The translations under genes and the position numbers were made by a program. Below the pieces are notes generated by a model. That model was given only the letters and a program-made list of their open reading frames with translations, had not been told where the DNA came from and did not search any database. 64,000 nt of DNA from a virus: positions 1 through 64,000 of IMG/VR virus record IMGVR_UViG_3300049822_000176; one strand, given 5' to 3'. Positions 17,996-25,844 of the stretch are shown here, piece after piece; within the stretch, counting starts at the first letter, position 1, and the number at the start of each line of letters is the position of its first letter.

Positions 17996-18673
17996 TCACC
18001 ACGGGGTGCGGCCCCACTTGATGCGGAAGGTCTCCCGGTCGCGGCCTGCCTGCTCGCGGAGCTCGGGCCGCTCCTGCGTCGAGATGTTGGGGCAGCGGTG
18101 CTCCACCGGGATCCCGGGCACGAGGAGCGCGCCGCCCTGCTCGCGGGCCGTCCAGTCGGCCGAGTCGTCGCCGTACCACCAGGCGAGGTCCTCGTCGAAG
18201 CGCTGGCCGTGCTCGCCGCGCAGCATGAAGGCGTAGCCGGTGATCCGCTGCCGCAGATCGATCGGCTCGGCTTTCGTGTGCAGGATCTGCCGGCGGCCGC
18301 CGTGCTGGTCGGGGTAGGCGAGGACGGCCGTGGTGGCGCGCATCGCCTTCGACAGCGTGCTGATCCAGCCCGGAGGGACGGTGACGTCGGAGTTGAGGAC
18401 GGCGATATCCCACGCCTCCGCGCGCGCAAGGTGGGCGCCGGCGTCGGCGAGGGCCAGGCCGACGTTCCACAAGGTAGAGATGTTCGGCGGGTCGATGGGC
18501 ACGCGGGCGACCGCGACCTTCCCGTGCCAAGGGTCGGGGTCGATGGCCGGCGAGGACAGGTTGTCGATGACGATGACCCGGTCGACCTGGTCGATCACGG
18601 AGTTGATGCAGTCGGCGAGCATGTCATGCCGATCACGGGCGGGGACGACCGCCACCCGATGCACGGCGCTCAC
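17996..18673 (-). CDS. glycosyltransferase family 2-like
   Basis: 225 aa from GTG 18673 (GTGA overlap). VAVVPARDRHDMLADCINSVIDQVDRVIVIDN... is a GT-A-like N terminus. Confidence 0.6.
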   Translation of the reverse strand: MSAVHRVAVVPARDRHDMLADCINSVIDQVDRVIVIDNLSSPAIDPDPWHGKVAVARVPIDPPNISTLWNVGLALADAGAHLARAEAWDIAVLNSDVTVPPGWISTLSKAMRATTAVLAYPDQHGGRRQILHTKAEPIDLRQRITGYAFMLRGEHGQRFDEDLAWWYGDDSADWTAREQGGALLVPGIPVEHRCPNISTQERPELREQAGRDRETFRIKWGRTPW

Positions 18674-19332
18674 GCGGTGGCCGCCTGGGTGTGCAGGGCC
18701 GCCCGCAGTAGCGAGTCCGGAGTGCCCATGTCCGACCACACCCCAGGCACTTCGCGCACGTCCATCAGGCCGCGCCGCAGGTACCAGTTGTTGACGTCGG
18801 TGATCTCCAGCTCGCCCCGCGGTGACGGCACCAGCGTCCGCACCACGTCGAACACCCGGTCGTCGTACACGTACAAGCCGGTGACCGCGAGATCCGACAC
18901 CGGGTCCTTCGGCTTCTCCACGATCCGCCTCACCCCAGCATCGAAGATCCCGAACGCTTCCGGCCGGTCCGTCCGGCTCGTATAGATCGCCGGGCCGCCC
19001 GGCATGGTGAAGTCGGCGGAGAAATAGTTGTCGCCGAGGATCACGGGGAACAGGCCGCCGACGTAGCCCTCCGCGAGGGCGAGCGCGCCCGCGATGCCGT
19101 CGGGCTGCTCCTGCACCCGGTAGGTGAACCCGGAGCCGAGGAGCTGCGCGAACCCGCCGACCTGCTCGCCGCCGGTGATGATGAGGATGTCCGTCACGCC
19201 CATCGTCCGGAGCGTGGCGATGGGGTGGTAGATCATCGGCCGGTCGTAGACGGGCAGCAGATGCTTGTTCACGACCCGCGTCGTATCGCCGAGGCGGGTG
19301 CCTCGGCCGCCCGCGAGGATGACGCCCCTCAC
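18670..19332 (-). CDS. rmlA: glucose-1-phosphate thymidylyltransferase-like nucleotidyltransferase (short form)
   Basis: 220 aa from GTG 19332 (GTGA overlap). GVILAGGRGTRLG...NKHLLPVYDRPMIYHPI is the RmlA signature. Confidence 0.75.
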   Translation of the reverse strand: MRGVILAGGRGTRLGDTTRVVNKHLLPVYDRPMIYHPIATLRTMGVTDILIITGGEQVGGFAQLLGSGFTYRVQEQPDGIAGALALAEGYVGGLFPVILGDNYFSADFTMPGGPAIYTSRTDRPEAFGIFDAGVRRIVEKPKDPVSDLAVTGLYVYDDRVFDVVRTLVPSPRGELEITDVNNWYLRRGLMDVREVPGVWSDMGTPDSLLRAALHTQAATA

Positions 19333-20354
19333 GACTGCACCAGCATGTTCAGCCACGCCGGGCGCGCCGTGTACCAGTCGACGATGTCTGTAAGGGTTTC
19401 CTCCAGCGATCGGGACGGCCGCCAGCCTGCGTCGGCGAGCTTGCGGCCGTCGAGGGCGTACCGCAGGTCGTGACCGGGCCGCGACGCGTGGAACGACACC
19501 AGCTCGTACTTCAGGGGCTTGCCGATGATGTCGGCGATGATCTGCGCGACCTCCAGGTTGGAGCGTTCCTCACCGACGATGTGCCACAGCGACGGCCGGT
19601 CGTCGTCGGGGTAGCGCTGCGGTTCCGTGTGCTGGAGGAGGTGCAGCCACGCCCCGGCGAAGTCGCGGGTGTCGATCCAGTACCGGGAGCCAGGGATGCC
19701 GTCGGGGCTGGAGTAGATCGGCACGGTCTCCCCGGCAAGGACCTTGCGGATCACCGTCGGCACGAGCTTCTCCGGGCCTTGGCCGGGGCCGATCAAATTC
19801 ATGGTGCGGGTGAGGACGACCGGCAGGCCGTAGGTGCGCCACCACGCGGTCGCGAGAGACGACTGTGCGGCCTTCGACGCGGCATACGGGTTGGACGGGA
19901 TGATGGGGTCCCATTCGCGGTGCGCATAGCCTGCGGGGGCCGGCCCGTACACCTCGTCGGTGTCCATGTGGAGGAACACCTTGGGCTGGACTTGGCGGGC
20001 GTATTCCAGCAGGTTGACCATGAGTTCGGTGTTGTTGCGGACGAAGCGGGCGGGGTCGGCGATGGATTCCTCGACGCCGCTGTTGGAGGCGATGTTGAGG
20101 ATGTAGTCGACGGGTCCGATGTCGTCGATGAGGGTGGCGGGCATGGGTGTGGCGAGGTCGTGCATGACGGTGGTGACGCGGTGGTTCCATGCGCCGGGTT
20201 CGGGGGCTTGGTCGAGGGCGTCGGCGAGGCGTTGGGAGTTGCCGTGGTGGCGGAGTGTCCAGGGGCAGACGATGTCGGCGTCGGTGTGGGTGAGGAAGTG
20301 GGCGAGGACGTGGGAGCCGACGAATCCCGCGGCCCCGGTGAGGAGGATGCGCAT
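19329..20354 (-). CDS. rmlB: dTDP-glucose 4,6-dehydratase
   Basis: 341 aa. It has TGAAGFVGSH, DTDEVYG and YAASK motifs, and is the first gene of the cassette. Confidence 0.8.
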   Translation of the reverse strand: MRILLTGAAGFVGSHVLAHFLTHTDADIVCPWTLRHHGNSQRLADALDQAPEPGAWNHRVTTVMHDLATPMPATLIDDIGPVDYILNIASNSGVEESIADPARFVRNNTELMVNLLEYARQVQPKVFLHMDTDEVYGPAPAGYAHREWDPIIPSNPYAASKAAQSSLATAWWRTYGLPVVLTRTMNLIGPGQGPEKLVPTVIRKVLAGETVPIYSSPDGIPGSRYWIDTRDFAGAWLHLLQHTEPQRYPDDDRPSLWHIVGEERSNLEVAQIIADIIGKPLKYELVSFHASRPGHDLRYALDGRKLADAGWRPSRSLEETLTDIVDWYTARPAWLNMLVQS

Positions 20355-20361
20355 GCGGGGG

Positions 20362-20394
20362 ACGGTAGACAGCCGCCCGTGAAGATCATTCCGG
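20362..20394 (-). promoter_or_regulatory. conserved late element copy D, 7 nt upstream of rmlB-like ATG
   Basis: The minus strand reads ccggaatgatcttcacgggcggctgtctaccgt, then cccccgc, then ATG 20354. It starts 2 nt after the terS stop. Confidence 0.5.
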
Positions 20395-20395
20395 G

Positions 20396-20950
20396 TCAGG
20401 TGGTACCGCTGCTGCCCGCGCCCAACAGGTGCTGGTGTGCTGCGCCGAGCGCTAGCCTGCGCTGCTCGTGATCCAAGTCCAGGGCGTCCAACGCCGCCGA
20501 CAACGCGGCCGCCACCAGCTCGCCCTCCAGGTCTAGGCGGCGTTCCAGGGCGACCATCACGCCCGCGTCGACAGCCTGTTTCGCGGTGACGGCGGCGAGC
20601 CTGCGCTCGTCGCGGGACTGCTTCAGCCAGCCCACCACATCCCGCGGCGGGTTCAGGGGATCACCACCCTCCGCGATGTGTTCCCTCAGGCGTTCGGTGA
20701 TGATCGTGTCGACGTAGGCGGCCCGGTTCGTCGCGGTACGCACCAGTCCGAGGAGCGCCTCGTGGGGGGTGATGTTCTGCTCGGCGGCGATCTCTTGTGC
20801 CATGGCCCAGGCCTCTTCGACTTGTGGGTGTTTGCCGCGGTGCCAGACGCAGGCGCCGAGGCCGGGATGCTGGGTGCCTTGGCCGGCGCGGTGGGAGCAC
20901 ATGCGGCCGTTGGCCTGGCGGGTGGGGCAGCGCGCCGGGTAGACGGTCAT
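20396..20950 (-). CDS. terminase small subunit (zinc-ribbon type), putative
   Basis: 184 aa. N-terminal C-x..-C...GTQHPGLGACVWHRG motif and a helical C-terminal half, as in actinophage small terminases. It heads the packaging genes. Confidence 0.55.
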   Translation of the reverse strand: MTVYPARCPTRQANGRMCSHRAGQGTQHPGLGACVWHRGKHPQVEEAWAMAQEIAAEQNITPHEALLGLVRTATNRAAYVDTIITERLREHIAEGGDPLNPPRDVVGWLKQSRDERRLAAVTAKQAVDAGVMVALERRLDLEGELVAAALSAALDALDLDHEQRRLALGAAHQHLLGAGSSGTT

Positions 20951-20956
20951 GGGTGG

Positions 20957-20989
20957 ATTGTGGCCCGGCCAGGTCCGGTGATCTTCCGG
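20957..20989 (-). promoter_or_regulatory. late element copy E (CCGGAAGATC variant ... CACAAT), 6 nt upstream of terS ATG
   Basis: The minus strand reads ccggaagatcaccggacctggccgggccacaat, then ccaccc, then ATG 20950. Confidence 0.4.
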
Positions 20990-21000
20990 TGGACGCGTGT

Positions 21001-21033
21001 GTGGCCCTATCCCGGGTGTCGGGGTAGGGCCAC
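21001..21033 (-). terminator. imperfect 14-bp hairpin between the 296-aa gene and terS
   Basis: gtggccctatcccg / cggggtagggccac (13 of 14 paired) with a 5-nt loop, read directly. Confidence 0.4.
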
Positions 21034-21055
21034 AGGCGGGCGGGGTGGGGTTGGT

Positions 21056-21946
21056 CTACTCGTCGGCGTGGTGTCCGGTCCATTCGACGCCGGAGACGAC
21101 GCCGGTGCGTGCAGTGCCGACGAAGGTGGGGGCCCAGCCGTCGGCGATGAACTTGGCGGCCGTGGCCTGCGGTACCCAGCGGTCGCCGCGCGCCGGGTCG
21201 GACATCCACGCTGCGAGTTCGTCGGCCGTCCGGAAGACGGGGCTGATCGGGGAGCCTTCGGTCACGGTTTCCCACAGTTGCCAGCCGTCGCCTTTCGGTG
21301 GGTCGGTGGGCTCCCATGCTTCGGCGTCGGCACGCTGCCCGGGGTAGGTCTCGATGGTGGCGTGGCCGTCGCAGGTCTGGCAGGTGGGGTTGACGCCTTC
21401 GCGTTCGCAGCGGGCGCTGACGGCGACGCTGGCGTTGATGGCGTCGTGGCCGAAGCCGGTCAGGGACCACTCGTTGACCTGTGCAGCAGTCGGAACGACG
21501 GCAGGCTCCTTGGGCTGCCAGCCGTTCTCGCGGGTCCACGTGTGGGTGAAGTCGTGGAGGCGTCCGGCCTCGACGAGGGCGTCGACGTCGTCTTGGGAGA
21601 GGTGGTGCAGCCAGCCGGTGTTGAAGTGGTCGGCGAGGCGTTGGGCTTCGCGGGCGATGGCCGTCTCACCTTTGCCGTAGTAGTCGGGTGCGTCGGTGAT
21701 GTTGCGTTCGGCGCGGGCCCGGATGGCGGGGGTGTCGGCGCGCCATGGGGTGGAGCCGGTGCTGGTCGGGTCGAAGGGGATCTTGCCGTACCAGAGGTCG
21801 TGCAGGTTCTCTGCTTGCGGGGAGTAGCCGGTCTTGCAGTTGGGGCAGGGCTGGCCGTCGAGGGTGTCGGGGCTGAGGAAGCCTTCCCAGATTTTGTTGA
21901 GGGGCCAGTCGAAGTCGGCGGGTACTCGGCGGATTTCGCGTCCCAT
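21056..21946 (-). CDS. hypothetical protein (Cys-containing, conserved-looking)
   Basis: 296 aa, AAGGAGAG before ATG 21946, with a protein-like W/D-rich sequence. Confidence 0.65.
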   Translation of the reverse strand: MGREIRRVPADFDWPLNKIWEGFLSPDTLDGQPCPNCKTGYSPQAENLHDLWYGKIPFDPTSTGSTPWRADTPAIRARAERNITDAPDYYGKGETAIAREAQRLADHFNTGWLHHLSQDDVDALVEAGRLHDFTHTWTRENGWQPKEPAVVPTAAQVNEWSLTGFGHDAINASVAVSARCEREGVNPTCQTCDGHATIETYPGQRADAEAWEPTDPPKGDGWQLWETVTEGSPISPVFRTADELAAWMSDPARGDRWVPQATAAKFIADGWAPTFVGTARTGVVSGVEWTGHHADE

Positions 21947-22042
21947 GCGGGCTCTCCTTGCGGGCGGTGGCGGGTTCGAGGCTACGGCGGCAGGCGGTGG
22001 TGGTGTGCCCGGTCTCGCGACAACGACAGGGCGGGGGCGGGG

Positions 22043-22471
22043 TCAGGCGCGGCGGGAGCGCTGCTCGTAGGCGTTCCGGTACGGCTGTTCGTGCTTGCGG
22101 ACTTCTTCGGCGATCTTCTCCGCGAGTTGCGCGCCGACCAGCCCCCGGAACCGCTCGGCTTCCTGCATGTCGATGGCGACGCTGTACTTGCTGTACAGCA
22201 GGGATTCCGGGTCGGGGCCGATGCCGTAGGTGAGGTCGGCTTCGATGGTGTCGTCGTCGGGGCCGGGCCGCAGGTCGATGTTGTAGACGCGGGCCTCCTT
22301 GCCGTCCATGTCGGGGTCGGTGAACTCGGCGAAGCCGCTCATGCCGTCACGGGTGATGTGCGGGGGTGTGCCGGGGTAGCCGTAGTGGAGGGGCTGGAGT
22401 TCGAAGCCGAGCCCGCACGCTTCGAGGGCGGTGGCGGCTTCGAGGATGGCGTGGGCTTGACGCAGGCGCAT
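22043..22471 (-). CDS. hypothetical protein
   Basis: 142 aa ORF-track frame with balanced composition. Confidence 0.6.
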   Translation of the reverse strand: MRLRQAHAILEAATALEACGLGFELQPLHYGYPGTPPHITRDGMSGFAEFTDPDMDGKEARVYNIDLRPGPDDDTIEADLTYGIGPDPESLLYSKYSVAIDMQEAERFRGLVGAQLAEKIAEEVRKHEQPYRNAYEQRSRRA

Positions 22472-22503
22472 GGGTCATCCTGTCGTGAGGGTGCGGGCGG
22501 GGG

Positions 22504-22638
22504 TCACGCGTCGTTCATGCGGCGAATCTGGCGGAGGGCGGCCCGCCGGACACCGTGGTCGAAGCGGGTCCAGCCGTGACGGCGCAGGCGAGCCTCGGCG
22601 AGGATGCGGCGGGCTTCCTCGGGGATCGGGTCGGACAT
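22504..22638 (-). CDS. small hypothetical protein (44 aa)
   Basis: Below the track size cutoff. ATG 22638 is preceded by AGGAG. It translates as MSDPIPEEARRILAEARLRRHGWTRFDHGVRRAALRQIRRMNDA. Confidence 0.45.
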   Translation of the reverse strand: MSDPIPEEARRILAEARLRRHGWTRFDHGVRRAALRQIRRMNDA

Positions 22639-22699
22639 TCGGGGACTCCTAGGCGTTGGGGCGGCGGGCTGGTTCGTCTGCTGCGCCGTGGAGTTGGTC

Positions 22700-23083
22700 T
22701 CAGGCCGCCTCCTGGTACGAGGAGGCGAGCAGGTGGCGGGTGCCCTTGTAAGCCTGGAGGCCGGCGTAGAGGGCGGGGTCGATGGGGCCGTAGGCGTAGA
22801 CGTGGTTCCACTTGCCGGTGGTGCGGTGCTGCGCCCACACCCGGATGGGGCTGCCGCCGTGCGTCTCGCGGTAGGCCTTGGCGACGTGCCGGCCGAGCCA
22901 GGAGATCTTGCCGTCGGGGAGATCGCTTCCGCCGATGCGGGTGAGGAAGCCGGTGATGAGGATGAGCCGGCCCTGCTCGACGGCTGCGGCGACGAGGCCG
23001 CTGAGGGTGCGGTAGGCGAGGGCTTTGGGGGTGGCGGCTGCGGCGTAGAGGCCGTTGCGGCGGGTGCGGGTGATGGCGTTCAT
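22700..23083 (-). CDS. hypothetical protein, first gene of the leftward late-side operon
   Basis: 127 aa. Its start faces the divergent control region 23084..23210. Confidence 0.6.
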   Translation of the reverse strand: MNAITRTRRNGLYAAAATPKALAYRTLSGLVAAAVEQGRLILITGFLTRIGGSDLPDGKISWLGRHVAKAYRETHGGSPIRVWAQHRTTGKWNHVYAYGPIDPALYAGLQAYKGTRHLLASSYQEAA

Positions 23084-23099
23084 GTGGTCCCCCTCGTTC

Positions 23100-23167
23100 G
23101 ACTGCCAACTTTGTTGACGTCTTCAGTGTGGCAGAGGCGGGGCGAGACTGCAACATAGTTGGCAGTC
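23100..23167. promoter_or_regulatory. operator-like inverted repeats in divergent intergenic region
   Basis: GACTGCCAACT (23100..23110) and its exact complement AGTTGGCAGTC (23157..23167). A third half-site AGTTGGC lies at 23180..23186, and TTGACG at 23114..23119. Confidence 0.45.
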
Positions 23168-23210
23168 ATTCGTCTAGAAAGTTGGCGGCGGTCCGTGAGA
23201 CCATGCCCCT

Positions 23211-23576
23211 ATGACGCCGAACATCAGCCCCTCCGACGCGGCCGCTCACATCCGCAAGCTCGACCGGGCCACCGCCGCACACGAGAAGACCCGCACCGCC
23301 CTCGACAACGCCATCGCCGAAGCGCGCACGGCCGGGCTCCCGCTTACGACCATCTCGGAGCACACCCCGTACAGCCGAGAATGGGCGCGGAAGATCGCCA
23401 AACGGGTCGACGCCGAACGCTGCAACGCCGTAGGCGACGCGATCAACAGCACCGGCACCGAGCGCTGCCACCTGCCCGCAGGTCATGAGGGCCGTCACTA
23501 CGACAAGGACGGCATCACGACTTGGCCCAACCGCGCCCCAGAGCGCCCGCAGTCCAGCGAGGAGACCACCCGATGA
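23211..23576 (+). CDS. hypothetical protein with HTH-like N-terminal half
   Basis: 121 aa, first of four plus-strand genes joined by ATGA overlaps. Confidence 0.6.
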   Translation: MTPNISPSDAAAHIRKLDRATAAHEKTRTALDNAIAEARTAGLPLTTISEHTPYSREWARKIAKRVDAERCNAVGDAINSTGTERCHLPAGHEGRHYDKDGITTWPNRAPERPQSSEETTR

Positions 23577-23797
23577 GCGAGCGCAGGCAACTGAACGTCA
23601 GCGCCTACCCCGAGACCGGGGAGGTGCGCCTGTCCGCCTCCTTGCTCCCCGAGGAAGCGCGCCACGGTGCCTACGTGCGGGGTCTCAGTGCCAAGGGTGC
23701 CCGAGCTCTCGCGGCCGAGCTGCTTCAGGCTGCGGACGAGGTCGACCCGCACGCCAGCGCGAGCCCAGTGCGCCCGGACGAGGAGCGAGACGCATGA
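23573..23797 (+). CDS. hypothetical protein
   Basis: 74 aa from ATG 23573 (ATGA overlap): MSERRQLNVSAYPETGEV... Confidence 0.55.
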   Translation: MSERRQLNVSAYPETGEVRLSASLLPEEARHGAYVRGLSAKGARALAAELLQAADEVDPHASASPVRPDEERDA

Positions 23798-23994
23798 GCC
23801 CGCCCGACGGCATGTCCGACGGCGAGTTCATGGCCGCGATGCGTGACGCCCCGCAGCTGCCCCATGTCCGCATCGAGACCGATGAGGGCATAGAGATCAT
23901 GTTCTACGGGTCAGGCCCCGGACTGTCCGACGGCGGGACCCTGTTCATTCCGCACGGCGCAATCCCGACACGCCCGGACGAGGAGCAGACATGA
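23794..23994 (+). CDS. hypothetical protein
   Basis: 66 aa from ATG 23794 (ATGA overlap): MSPPDGMSDGEFMAAMRD... Confidence 0.55.
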   Translation: MSPPDGMSDGEFMAAMRDAPQLPHVRIETDEGIEIMFYGSGPGLSDGGTLFIPHGAIPTRPDEEQT

Positions 23995-24206
23995 GCGACG
24001 ACCTGGTCGCCTTCCTCAAGGCACACACCAATCGGGACCTGCAGACCGCCCGCACGGTGGGAGCCCTGCGGTGCGTCAACGACTCGCTCGCTCGCCTCGC
24101 CACGATCGAGAAGCACCAGGACAACCCCGTCATCCTGCGAGCGCTAGCTGACCGCTACGGCGGCTACCACGTCGGCTGGGAACGCGGTGACCAGCCCACG
24201 GCATGA
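23991..24206 (+). CDS. hypothetical protein
   Basis: 71 aa (ATGA overlap): MSDDLVAFLKAHTNRDLQTART... Confidence 0.6.
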   Translation: MSDDLVAFLKAHTNRDLQTARTVGALRCVNDSLARLATIEKHQDNPVILRALADRYGGYHVGWERGDQPTA

Positions 24207-24210
24207 CGAA

Positions 24211-24240
24211 GGCCCCGCCCGGTCCGACCGGTGCGGGGCC
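24211..24240. terminator. bidirectional stem-loop between convergent genes
   Basis: ggccccgc-ccggtc-c-gaccgg-t-gcggggcc: a 14-bp interrupted stem (8+6 bp, one unpaired T on the 3' arm) closed by a 1-nt loop, placed between stops 24206 (+) and 24255 (-). Confidence 0.6.
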
Positions 24241-24254
24241 GCTGCACATACGGG

Positions 24255-24650
24255 TCAGTACGCGCCGACCTCCCGCAGTTCGTCCTGCACCCCGGGCAGA
24301 TACGTCGGGCAGTACGCCTTCACCGCAGCCACCACCAGCCCGTAAGCGTCCGCCTTGGCCGTACCCCACTCGATGCCGTTCGGGTACAGGTCGTCCTGCC
24401 CGAGCAGCCATTCCACACTGTGGCCTCCGCCGAGGCCGGCGCACCACTGCGGCGGGAAGATCAGCAGCTCATCGTCGGTCGGCGACCCGTTGAACGTCAC
24501 CTCCCGCGCATCCGCCAGATACAGGGCGGCCTTGCTGACCGGCGACGACGCGGACGCGGACGGCTTGTCGCTGCCGCTGTCCGAGCTGGAGCAGCCGGCG
24601 AGCACGAGACCCGCCACGAACAGCACGACGACGGTGGCGGTGTGGCGCAT
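24255..24650 (-). CDS. secreted lipoprotein (moron)
   Basis: 131 aa from ATG 24650. The signal peptide MRHTATVVVLFVAGLVLAGC has an L-A-G-C lipobox. The mature part has two Cys. The gene has its own upstream spacer of 166 nt. Confidence 0.7.
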   Translation of the reverse strand: MRHTATVVVLFVAGLVLAGCSSSDSGSDKPSASASSPVSKAALYLADAREVTFNGSPTDDELLIFPPQWCAGLGGGHSVEWLLGQDDLYPNGIEWGTAKADAYGLVVAAVKAYCPTYLPGVQDELREVGAY

Positions 24651-24816
24651 GGGTCCCCCAGGTGTGTGATGCCCGGGATCGTAGCCGCAGCCGCCGACAC
24701 CAGGGGGAGGAAACAGCGAAGCCCCTGCCGGCGGGGGACGACGGACAGGGGCTCCACAGGCATCCGGTACGGAGCAGCCCGGCTGCTGTGAGCAGTCTTC
24801 CAGCACTGTCAAACAG

Positions 24817-25065
24817 TCAGCGGCCCCAGCAGTTCGACAGCAACAACGCCAGCAGAAACAGCAGCGCCCACGGCCACCCAGCCGGCAGAGGCCCGTCTCC
24901 CCGGGCGGTCGCGTGGACCTGCCTGATGCCGTCTCCAGCGTCCGGCCTGAGACCTCCATGCGCAGCACGACGGTGCTCAACAAGCTCATCCTCGGCGTCG
25001 TCACGGCGCTCCCACTGCTGCGCCGACACAGCGCTACAGGCCCGGCATTCGTAGATCCACGGCAT
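24817..25065 (-). CDS. small protein with C-terminal TM segment
   Basis: 82 aa. The start shares 1 nt with the upstream stop (TGATG). The C terminus reads WPWALLFLLALLLS. Confidence 0.5.
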   Translation of the reverse strand: MPWIYECRACSAVSAQQWERRDDAEDELVEHRRAAHGGLRPDAGDGIRQVHATARGDGPLPAGWPWALLFLLALLLSNCWGR

Positions 25066-25844
25066 CAGGCGCCCCCTCTCGGCAGCAGCCTACGGAAGGG
25101 CCTACGCGGCATAGCTACGCCCTGCCTACGCTTTCCTACGTCGCTGGTCAGAGCGTCGCTACAGGGGTCGCTACGGGCCTGAGAAGGGGCTGGAGAGGCG
25201 GTCGGGGGGAGGGCCTCGTGCCAGGCCAGCAGGTCGGCCCGATGCACCCCCTCGTTCACCCTCCCCGCAGCATCCCGAACAGAGGCCCGAACGGGCACCT
25301 GCAGGGCGGCCAGCTTGGCGCGCACCGCGGCCCTGTCCACGGGCTGTTCCGGGGCGGTGGCGTTAAGGTGCGCGGCGACCGTCTTGAGGTGCGTTCCGGG
25401 GGCGTCTCCGAGGAGCTGCCACAGGACGATGACGAGGGGGTCGACGGTGGGGATTTCGTCAGCCTCGACGGGCTCCTCGCGCGGGGCTCGGCCGCGCTTC
25501 TCGATGCGGTCGGCGGCCCGCTCCAGGTGCTCGCGGGGCATGAACGCCAGGACAGCCAGCAGCCACACCGCGGGGACCAGGACGGCCACCCACCCGCCGT
25601 AGAAGCCGACCGCCCACACGGCGCCGATGTGGACGGCCAGCGCGGTGCCGGCGCCGAAGCGGCCGGCGATCCACTGTGCGGGGCCTGCAATGCCGACGAC
25701 GACGGCCCCTACAGCACTGACAGGGGGTGACGAGGGCGGCGGTTCGGTCTCCTCGCCCATGTCGGCGACGACATCCTCAGGCTCCTCGACGACCTCCTCG
25801 GGCTCGGATTCGGGGGCGGGTTTCCGCAGGCTGAAGTAGCTCAT
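25065..25844 (-). CDS. membrane protein (acidic N terminus, 3-4 TM, soluble C-terminal domain)
   Basis: 259 aa from ATG 25844 (ATGA overlap): MSYFSLRKPAPESEPEEV... Confidence 0.6.
   Translation of the reverse strand: MSYFSLRKPAPESEPEEVVEEPEDVVADMGEETEPPPSSPPVSAVGAVVVGIAGPAQWIAGRFGAGTALAVHIGAVWAVGFYGGWVAVLVPAVWLLAVLAFMPREHLERAADRIEKRGRAPREEPVEADEIPTVDPLVIVLWQLLGDAPGTHLKTVAAHLNATAPEQPVDRAAVRAKLAALQVPVRASVRDAAGRVNEGVHRADLLAWHEALPPTASPAPSQARSDPCSDALTSDVGKRRQGVAMPRRPFRRLLPRGGA

Noticed and set aside
20951-21055. cos or pac site upstream of terS
   Set aside because: Only a hairpin and a late-element copy are visible. Nothing in the sequence alone identifies cohesive ends or a pac site.
24807-24812. 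TTGACA (minus strand) as the -35 of the lipoprotein promoter
   Set aside because: No acceptable -10 hexamer lies at 16-18 nt spacing, so I did not call a promoter.
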